DNA of 64,000 nucleotides from an uncultured Bacilli bacterium (GTDB lineage Bacteria; Bacillota_I; Bacilli_A; RF39; UBA660): NCBI GenBank assembly GCA_947626275.1, contig CANQRL010000006.1, positions 11,638 to 75,637 of the forward strand, read 5' to 3'. Shown piece by piece: positions 57,377 to 64,000 of this stretch (position 1 is its first letter; each line of letters starts with the position of its first letter). The notes under the pieces were generated by a model. It saw only the letters and a program-made list of their open reading frames with translations, ran no database searches and was not told where the DNA came from. The position numbers and the translations under genes were made by a program.

Positions 57377-58019
57377 TAAGAAGTGGGATATTGTTTTAGC
57401 GCCAGAGATGAAGAAGGATTATTTCCGTAGACTAGGTATTTTTGTAAAGCAAGAATATCGGACAAAGACGGTTTTTCCTCCTTATCAAAACATTTTTGAT
57501 GCGCTACGTTTTACGGATTATGATGAAGTAAAAGTGGTCATTTTAGGGCAAGATCCTTATCATGGATTAGGCGAAGCTCACGGACTTTCTTTTTCTGTAC
57601 GTGAAGGTGTAAAAAAACCGCCTTCTCTTCAAAATATTTTAAAAGAATTAGAAAATGATTTAGGAATTAAAAGAGAAGAGAGTGATTTAACAGATTGGGC
57701 TAAACAAGGAGTCCTCCTATTAAACTCTATTATGACAGTTGAAAAAGATAAACCACTTTCTCATAAAGATAAAGGATGGGAAACGTTCACGGATGCGATT
57801 ATTCGCTCTTTAAATGAACGAGAAGAACCTGTTATCTTTGTCTTGTGGGGTAGTTATGCACGGAGTAAAAAAGAATTAATTACCAATAAAAGGCATCCGA
57901 TTATTGAGTCAGTTCATCCTTCTCCTTTATCAGCAAATCGAGGCTTTTTTGGTAGTAAACCTTTTAGCAAAATTAATGCTTATTTAGCAAAAAATAATAT
58001 GGAAAAAATTGACTGGTAA
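57369..58019 (+). CDS. ung: Uracil-DNA glycosylase
   Basis: VVILGQDPYHG, PPSLQNI, QGVLLLN, HPSPLSA. Confidence 0.97.
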   Translation: MINKKWDIVLAPEMKKDYFRRLGIFVKQEYRTKTVFPPYQNIFDALRFTDYDEVKVVILGQDPYHGLGEAHGLSFSVREGVKKPPSLQNILKELENDLGIKREESDLTDWAKQGVLLLNSIMTVEKDKPLSHKDKGWETFTDAIIRSLNEREEPVIFVLWGSYARSKKELITNKRHPIIESVHPSPLSANRGFFGSKPFSKINAYLAKNNMEKIDW

Positions 58020-58043
58020 GCCTTTTTAAAAGGCTTATTTTCA

Positions 58044-58072
58044 TTGACTTTCGCATACTTCTATGGTATTAT
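58044..58072 (+). promoter_or_regulatory. Sigma-A promoter of the Ig-like surface protein gene
   Basis: TTGACT-17-TATTAT with extended -10 TG. Confidence 0.65.
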
Positions 58073-58089
58073 GGTCATAGTAAAAATGG

Positions 58090-59454
58090 GTGATGGCTAT
58101 GGGGAAAAACTTAGTTTATGGATTCTTATTTATTTTGATAGTGGCAGCAGGTGGAATATGGTTTTCTATCTACTATCAGGATACGTATTTAAAAGTGAAT
58201 ACCGATTTAGTAACAGTGGATATTGATAATGACTATTGGACGGCGAATGATGTTACGATAACTGTTAATTATCTAAATCCAGATATTCCAATCGAAAGTT
58301 ATTCTTTTGATGGGGGAAAGACATGGCAAAGTAAGAATACTTATGTAGTATCAGAAAATCAAACGTTAGCCATTGTTTTAAAAACGAAACAAGGAAAAAA
58401 ATCTGATGTTATTCATTATCGGGTAGATAATATCGATAAAACGTCTCCCGAAATTATTTCTGATCAAGTTGTTTATGTGGCACGAGGAACGGATTTTACC
58501 TATAGAAATAAATATAGTGTGATTGATTTAGGTTCTGGTATTAAGGGAAATGTACAAATAGAACCAGAGACGATTGATACAAGTGCCTATAATACTTTTG
58601 AAGTAAAGATTTCTGCTCAAGATCGAGCACTTAATGAAATTACTAAAAAAATGATTGTTGAAATTGTAGATCCTAATGATCCTATTTTAGGTGGTGCGAA
58701 AGAAAAACCAGTTACGGGATTAACCTTAAGCGATACGACTATCAGTTTAGTAAAAGGAACATCGCAAACCGTAACGGCAAAGGTAAAACCAAGCAACGCG
58801 ACAAATCAAGCCATTTCATGGAGAAGTGCAAATGAGAATGTAGCTACGGTTGATCAAAAAGGTGTTATTACTGGTGTTCAAGCAGGAACAACTACGATTA
58901 CTGCATCTACGATAGATGGTAGTAAGTCTTCTGATGTTCGAGTAATTGTAACAAATGAAAGAATTGAAGTAACAGAAATTACTTTGGATCGTATTTCTGA
59001 TACGATGACTACTGATGATGAAGATATTGTTTTAACACCAACCATTAAACCAGATAATGCAACTAATACAAGTATTAGGTGGAATAGTAGTAATACTAGT
59101 GTAGCGATTGTTGTAAACGGTGCTGTTCAGATTCGTGGTGAAGGAACAACTAAGATAACGGCAACTACTTCTAATGGTAAAGTAGCTACGTACACATTAA
59201 CAGTAGTAGATAATTATACTTTCCAGGAAAGAGAGGTTCTTCTTGCAACAGGAGAATTGATGGGATATACCATTAAGATCTATAAAAATGGTGTAGATAT
59301 TACGAAAGATGTAACAGCCATCACATCTCCATTTACTGCTCGAAATGAGGGTAAGGAAAGAGATGAAATTGAAATTACGATTGCTAACCATCAACAATTG
59401 GGAAGAAGTATTACTTTCAATTATGGCACAAAACGACATACTGCGTATAAATAA
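58090..59454 (+). CDS. Membrane-anchored surface protein with two Ig-like (Big_2) domains
   Basis: N-terminal TM; YSFDGGKTWQ; VKPSNATNQAISW.S.NENVATVD..G.ITGV..GTTTIT and KPDNATNTSI.W.SSNTSVA.V.NG.V...GEGTT.IT. Confidence 0.8.
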   Translation: MMAMGKNLVYGFLFILIVAAGGIWFSIYYQDTYLKVNTDLVTVDIDNDYWTANDVTITVNYLNPDIPIESYSFDGGKTWQSKNTYVVSENQTLAIVLKTKQGKKSDVIHYRVDNIDKTSPEIISDQVVYVARGTDFTYRNKYSVIDLGSGIKGNVQIEPETIDTSAYNTFEVKISAQDRALNEITKKMIVEIVDPNDPILGGAKEKPVTGLTLSDTTISLVKGTSQTVTAKVKPSNATNQAISWRSANENVATVDQKGVITGVQAGTTTITASTIDGSKSSDVRVIVTNERIEVTEITLDRISDTMTTDDEDIVLTPTIKPDNATNTSIRWNSSNTSVAIVVNGAVQIRGEGTTKITATTSNGKVATYTLTVVDNYTFQEREVLLATGELMGYTIKIYKNGVDITKDVTAITSPFTARNEGKERDEIEITIANHQQLGRSITFNYGTKRHTAYK

Positions 59455-59524
59455 AGTAAGATTTTGTATCTTACTTTTTCTTGTATAAAAGAAAATTTTA
59501 TATTACAATAACATTGGTGGTTTT

Positions 59525-60838
59525 ATGGAGGAAGTTTTGCGCTTTTTAAAAGAAGAAATAAATCGTGAAGAGCGATATGTAGTAGTTGGGGTTTCAGGTG
59601 GCGCTGATTCCATGGTATTACTAGACATCCTATATCATTTCTTCCAAAATAGCTCTGTGCAATTAGTATGTGCCCATGTCCACCATAATCTTCGAAAAGA
59701 AAGCGATGAGGAACAAAAATTTGTAGAGCAGTATTGCCAAACAAAAGAGATTCTTTTCGAGACGATAAAACTACAATATGAAGGAAAATTTACGGAAAAG
59801 ATTGGTCGTGATAAACGATACCAGTTTTTCGAAGATACGCTTCAAAAATATCATTCTCATTCTCTTTTTTTAGCCCATCATGGGGATGATTTGATTGAAA
59901 CCATTCTAATGAAAATAGGAAGAGGATCGACACTAAGAGGAGCGAGTGGAATTTCTCTTATTAGCTATCGTGAAAATTATGTAATCTATCGACCACTCCT
60001 CTTTTTGGATAAGCAAGCAATTTATACCTATGCAAACGAGAAGCAGATTCCATACGTTGAAGATTACAGTAATCAAGATGAACATTATACGAGAAACCGT
60101 TATCGCTTACAGGTTCTTCCTTTTTTAAAGAAGGAACAACCCAATATTCACCGAAAATACTTAGAATACAATAATCAGTTACAAGAGTTGCTTAGATATG
60201 TAGAAAAAGATATCGAAATGAGTTATAATAAAATTGTTGTAGATAAGAAATTGAATTGGCAAGAATGGTTAGAAATAGATCCTTTTCTTCAAAAAGAGGT
60301 ATTGCGGCGTTTTTTAGCGACTATCTATGAAGAAAAGTTAGATGCCATTACAGCAAAACATGTGGAATTATTGATATCATTCCTTACCAATGCAAAACAA
60401 AATAGTGTTATGGACCTTCCTTATTTTAGATGGAAAAAAGGCCCTACCTATTTGGAGGTTATGAGAGGATTCAATCCATTAGACTATGAATTTTTGTTAG
60501 AGTCGGTGGTAAATCTTCCTAATCAGCATACAATAGAAGTGTTGAAAGAATCGGAAGAAACTAGTAATTATGTTACCTATTTATCGAGTGCGGAAATAAC
60601 GTTACCACTAATGGTGCGCAATGTTCGAAAAGGCGATAAAATGAGTGTTAAAAATATGCAAGGGCATAAAAAAATAGGGGATATTTTTACAGATGAAAAG
60701 ATTTCTATGGAGGAGCGAATTTGTTGGCCAGTAGTCGTGGATAAAAAAGGAACAATTCTTTGGCTTCCGGGCTTAAAAAAAACGCAATTTGATAGGAAAA
60801 AAGATGGAATTTATGATATAATACTAAAGTACTACTAA
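59525..60838 (+). CDS. tilS: tRNA(Ile)-lysidine synthetase
   Basis: VGVSGGADSM, HVHHNLR, LAHHGDDLIET, RPLL, DYSN....YTRNRYR. Confidence 0.96.
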   Translation: MEEVLRFLKEEINREERYVVVGVSGGADSMVLLDILYHFFQNSSVQLVCAHVHHNLRKESDEEQKFVEQYCQTKEILFETIKLQYEGKFTEKIGRDKRYQFFEDTLQKYHSHSLFLAHHGDDLIETILMKIGRGSTLRGASGISLISYRENYVIYRPLLFLDKQAIYTYANEKQIPYVEDYSNQDEHYTRNRYRLQVLPFLKKEQPNIHRKYLEYNNQLQELLRYVEKDIEMSYNKIVVDKKLNWQEWLEIDPFLQKEVLRRFLATIYEEKLDAITAKHVELLISFLTNAKQNSVMDLPYFRWKKGPTYLEVMRGFNPLDYEFLLESVVNLPNQHTIEVLKESEETSNYVTYLSSAEITLPLMVRNVRKGDKMSVKNMQGHKKIGDIFTDEKISMEERICWPVVVDKKGTILWLPGLKKTQFDRKKDGIYDIILKYY

Positions 60839-60853
60839 AGAAGGGAGTTTTTT

Positions 60854-62857
60854 ATGAATAAAAAAGCAGTTAAAAAGAACGCATATTCATATATATTTTT
60901 ATTCATTGTTATATTAGCCATGATGTGGTTCATTAATGGATTAAACACGAAAGTAAATACGTTATCCTATAGTGAATTCATTCAAGCTATGGAAAGTGGA
61001 AAATTAGAAGAAGTAACTATTACACCAAACAATAATGCGGGTGTATATGAATTAACAGGAACAATGGAAGGATATGCTAAAAATGAATCTTTCTATGCTA
61101 AGGCACCACTTACTGATGCAACAATGAAAGAGCTTTATGCTGGAAGAGAAGAATATTCTTATGAAATTTCAACAGATAAAGATCCACAATCAAGCATTTT
61201 ATTAGCCTTGTTGGTAAATGTTTTACCACTTGTTTTATTGGTTGTCATTGGGGTATATTTCATTTCTAAGCAAATGGGAAGCGCTAACAAATCTATGGAT
61301 TTTGGAAAGAGTAGAGCTCGTTTAAATGACGATCGAAAGAAAGTTACCTTCGATGATGTCGCAGGATTAACCGAAGAAAAAGAAGAGGTACAGGAATTAA
61401 TTGAATTCTTGAAAGCTCCAAAGAAATTTCAAAAAATGGGAGCTAGAATTCCAAAAGGAGTTCTTCTAGTAGGTCCTCCAGGAACCGGAAAGACATTACT
61501 TGCTCGTGCTGTTGCCGGAGAAGCTAATGTTCCATTTTACTATATTAGTGGTTCTGACTTCGTAGAGTTATTCGTCGGAGTAGGAGCTTCTCGTGTAAGA
61601 GATATGTTTAAACAAGCAAAACACAATGCACCATGTCTTATCTTTATCGATGAGATTGATGCAGTTGGACGTCAAAGAGGTGCTGGTTTAGGTGGTGGAC
61701 ACGATGAACGGGAACAAACATTGAACCAATTACTTACCGAGATGGATGGTTTTGGAGAAAACGAAGGAATTATCGTTATTGCTGCAACAAATAGACCAGA
61801 TGTCTTAGATCCAGCCTTATTACGTCCAGGACGTTTTGATAGGCAGGTAACTGTTAATTTACCAGACGTTCGTGGAAGAGAAGAAATTTTACAAGTACAT
61901 GCGAAAGGAAAAACGTTTGCCAAAGGTGTAAAATTAGAAAATATTGCGAAGAGAACCGTTGGTTTTAGTGGAGCTGATCTTGAAAACTTATTAAATGAGG
62001 CTGCTCTTCTTACGGTTCGTCGTAACAAGCCTGCTATCACAATGGCTGAGATTGATGAAGCTCATGACCGTGTTTTAATGGGACCTGCTAAGGTTACCAA
62101 GAAGTATACGGAAAAAGAAAAGAAAATTGTTGCCTATCATGAAGCTGGGCACGCTGTTGTTGGTATCAAATTAGAGGGTGCAAACGAAGTACAAAAAATC
62201 ACGATTATTCCACGTGGAACAGCCGGTGGTTATAACTTAATGTTGCCAAAAGAAGAGACTTTCTTAGAGACGAAAAATGAGTTATTAGAAACCATTAGTG
62301 GTTTACTAGGAGGTCGTGTTGCGGAAGAAATCGTATTTAATGAGGTAACAACAGGAGCCCATAATGACTTTGAAAAAGCAACTAAGATTGCGCGTGCGAT
62401 GGTTACGGAATATGGTATGAGTGATTTAGGACCTGTTCAATTTGAGCAAAGAGAATCTAGTGTTTTCTTAGGAAGAGATTATAATAAGAGTCGAAACTTC
62501 TCTAGCCAAGTTGCTTTTGAGATTGACCAAGAACAACGAAAAATTATCAACGAATGTTATGAGAAAACGAAGAAAATTATTGCTGAAAATCGTGAGTTAT
62601 TAGATTTAATTGCGAATACGTTATTAGAATACGAAACAATCACGAAGGAGCAAATTGAGTATCTTGTAGAACATGGTTGTATGCCAGATGAGGATACAGA
62701 AGTAGATCATAGTGATTTTAAAGAAGCTAGCTTAGAGGATTTAACAACGGATGAATTAAGAGAAATTGCGAAAGAAAGACATGTTCGTGGTTATACAAAG
62801 ATGGACCGTGAAGAGCTATTAGATGAGTTAAATAAAAAAGAAGAGGATAATGATTAA
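60854..62857 (+). CDS. ftsH: ATP-dependent Zn metalloprotease FtsH with extra C-terminal Rho_N-like domain
   Basis: Two TMs, [33 protein letters not shown]; tail [33 protein letters not shown]. Confidence 0.97.
   Translation: MNKKAVKKNAYSYIFLFIVILAMMWFINGLNTKVNTLSYSEFIQAMESGKLEEVTITPNNNAGVYELTGTMEGYAKNESFYAKAPLTDATMKELYAGREEYSYEISTDKDPQSSILLALLVNVLPLVLLVVIGVYFISKQMGSANKSMDFGKSRARLNDDRKKVTFDDVAGLTEEKEEVQELIEFLKAPKKFQKMGARIPKGVLLVGPPGTGKTLLARAVAGEANVPFYYISGSDFVELFVGVGASRVRDMFKQAKHNAPCLIFIDEIDAVGRQRGAGLGGGHDEREQTLNQLLTEMDGFGENEGIIVIAATNRPDVLDPALLRPGRFDRQVTVNLPDVRGREEILQVHAKGKTFAKGVKLENIAKRTVGFSGADLENLLNEAALLTVRRNKPAITMAEIDEAHDRVLMGPAKVTKKYTEKEKKIVAYHEAGHAVVGIKLEGANEVQKITIIPRGTAGGYNLMLPKEETFLETKNELLETISGLLGGRVAEEIVFNEVTTGAHNDFEKATKIARAMVTEYGMSDLGPVQFEQRESSVFLGRDYNKSRNFSSQVAFEIDQEQRKIINECYEKTKKIIAENRELLDLIANTLLEYETITKEQIEYLVEHGCMPDEDTEVDHSDFKEASLEDLTTDELREIAKERHVRGYTKMDREELLDELNKKEEDND
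62206..62221. promoter_or_regulatory. parS site 3 inside ftsH
   Basis: TATTCCACGTGGAACA, 15/16 to TGTTCCACGTGGAACA. Confidence 0.65.
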
Positions 62858-62870
62858 TCTCTTCTTTTTT
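62834..62870. terminator. Bidirectional terminator built from the overlapping 3' ends of ftsH and the convergent gene
   Basis: AAAAAAGAAGAG...CTCTTCTTTTTT around a TTAA shared by both stop codons (62854-62857). Confidence 0.7.
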
Positions 62871-63687
62871 GTAGTAAAGTTTCTTTAAAGATAAATGGTA
62901 CTTTAGGAAGTTTATGAGATGATAGGGAAAGAGAATTTTTTAAGTAAAGAGGGATGTATACTTTTTCATATCCTTCTTTTTTTAATTCATTTTGGAGAAT
63001 TGTCCATAAAATATTTTTTCTTTCCTCTAATAGTAAAGTAGAATAATTTTCGTGAAAAAGAATGGATACTTCCTTTTCGTTTAAAAAGGAAATCCCAATA
63101 CTTTCAAGAAGTATATAATCCCCTAATTCTTTTCTAATCTCTTCTATGAATTGTTCTTCTTCAACTGATAGGTTTTGGGTTAAATAGGTAAGCAAATCGA
63201 GCTGAATGATATAACCTTTTTGAGCATTTGGAAATTTTCGAAGAGGGATTTGTTCCCAATCTTGGGTTTCTTTTGCCTCTTTTAAATCGGTAATAATGAA
63301 ATAATTTGGATAATGGATTTCTTTTTCTTCATTTAGAGGAATGTAGAAACTTTTTTCTCTTTGAGAATTAACATTTTTTTGCTTAGGTGTTTCTGCTTTT
63401 TCTAACAGTTTGATTTTGAATATTTTATGCTCTCGAGCAAACGTAGTTAAGCTTTTTTTGGCAAATTCCTCTAGCTTTTTACTGTGTTTTTTCGTTTCAA
63501 TTCCATAGGGAAGATAAAAATACTGTTTTCCCTCATCTTCTTTTAAAATGAGAAAAAGGCAAGCTACTATTTGTGTTCTTGTAAAAATACCGATATAAAA
63601 TATAGCTTTTTCATTTTTTGCATGAGTAATTTTTCTCCCCGTATAATTTTGATACTCTTTTTGATTGATTTCTATAAATTGGTACAT
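62854..63687 (-). CDS. Hypothetical protein, apparently a degenerate FemAB-like paralog
   Basis: N-terminus MYQFIEINQKEYQNY...FYIGI...IVACLFL.....YFYLPYG...AREHKIFKIKL aligns by eye with the FemAB N-terminal GNAT domain of 10482..11777. Confidence 0.5.
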   Translation of the reverse strand: MYQFIEINQKEYQNYTGRKITHAKNEKAIFYIGIFTRTQIVACLFLILKEDEGKQYFYLPYGIETKKHSKKLEEFAKKSLTTFAREHKIFKIKLLEKAETPKQKNVNSQREKSFYIPLNEEKEIHYPNYFIITDLKEAKETQDWEQIPLRKFPNAQKGYIIQLDLLTYLTQNLSVEEEQFIEEIRKELGDYILLESIGISFLNEKEVSILFHENYSTLLLEERKNILWTILQNELKKEGYEKVYIPLYLKNSLSLSSHKLPKVPFIFKETLLQKRRD

Positions 63688-63793
63688 ATTCCAAACTCCC
63701 CATATTCAGTATACACAAAAACAAATGAAAAAGAAAGAAACTTGTTTTATTTTTTCATTAATAGTATAATTGTAACGACGAAAGGATGATGGC

Positions 63794-64000
63794 ATGAAAA
63801 AGGATAATTTCCTCCGTGGGGCATTTGTTGCCACTTTGTGTATCATTATCACAAAAATATTAGGCGTGTTGTATGTTATTCCTTTTTATTCCATTATTGG
63901 ATCAAAAGGAAGTGTCATCTATGGTGCGGCTTATAATGTTTATGCCATCTTTTTAAATCTATCTACGATAGGATTACCACTTGCTATTAGTAAAATGGTA
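63794..64000 (+). CDS. MurJ/YtgP-type lipid II flippase / polysaccharide transporter (5' partial)
   Basis: Not in ORF track; MKKDNFLRGAFVATLCIIITKILGVLYVIPFYSIIG..G...YG.AYNVY..FL.LST.GLPLAISKMV. Confidence 0.88.
   Translation, partial: MKKDNFLRGAFVATLCIIITKILGVLYVIPFYSIIGSKGSVIYGAAYNVYAIFLNLSTIGLPLAISKMV

Noticed and set aside
1970-63789. Many short antisense or alternate-frame ORFs in the track (e.g. 1970, 5850, 7476, 8763, 13351, 29300, 35718, 39227, 46927, 59523, 61672)
   Set aside because: They lie inside well-supported genes, lack RBS or family motifs, and look like codon-bias shadows.

Overview
A low-GC chromosomal segment centred on the replication origin (rnpA-rpmH-oriC-dnaA-dnaN-recF-gyrB-gyrA) of a walled, genome-reduced Bacilli-type Firmicute. 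It uses the standard genetic code and carries femAB, murJ, yvcK and lgt; an RF39-like gut lineage is my inference, not proven. Genes left of ~28.3 kb are mostly on the minus strand and genes to the right mostly on the plus strand, as expected for two replichores. The backbone is a collapsed B. subtilis-like origin region. I saw no tRNA, rRNA, CRISPR, IS or prophage. Features missing from the ORF track: rpmH, a partial LysM/G5 gene at the left edge, a partial murJ-like gene at the right edge, a small SRP RNA, a Met T-box, a DnaA-box cluster dominated by TTATGCACA, three parS sites and one perfect Noc-binding site (NBS). Main leads: (1) a Noc-type ParB CTPase that lacks the membrane-anchoring helix, carries a ~350-aa Pro/acidic disordered insert, and has a cognate NBS plus half-sites in its own promoter; (2) FtsH with a C-terminal Rho_N-like domain; (3) a Met T-box with dUTPase inserted ahead of metG; (4) sporulation/competence regulators (SpoVT with a sigma-G-type promoter, BofA, ComK with three phased 0A-like boxes); (5) an MBOAT/Cys-SGNH/transglutaminase surface-acylation operon; (6) four orphan single-gene enzymes of effector-like families. 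No database searches were run; all calls come from motif reading and synteny.
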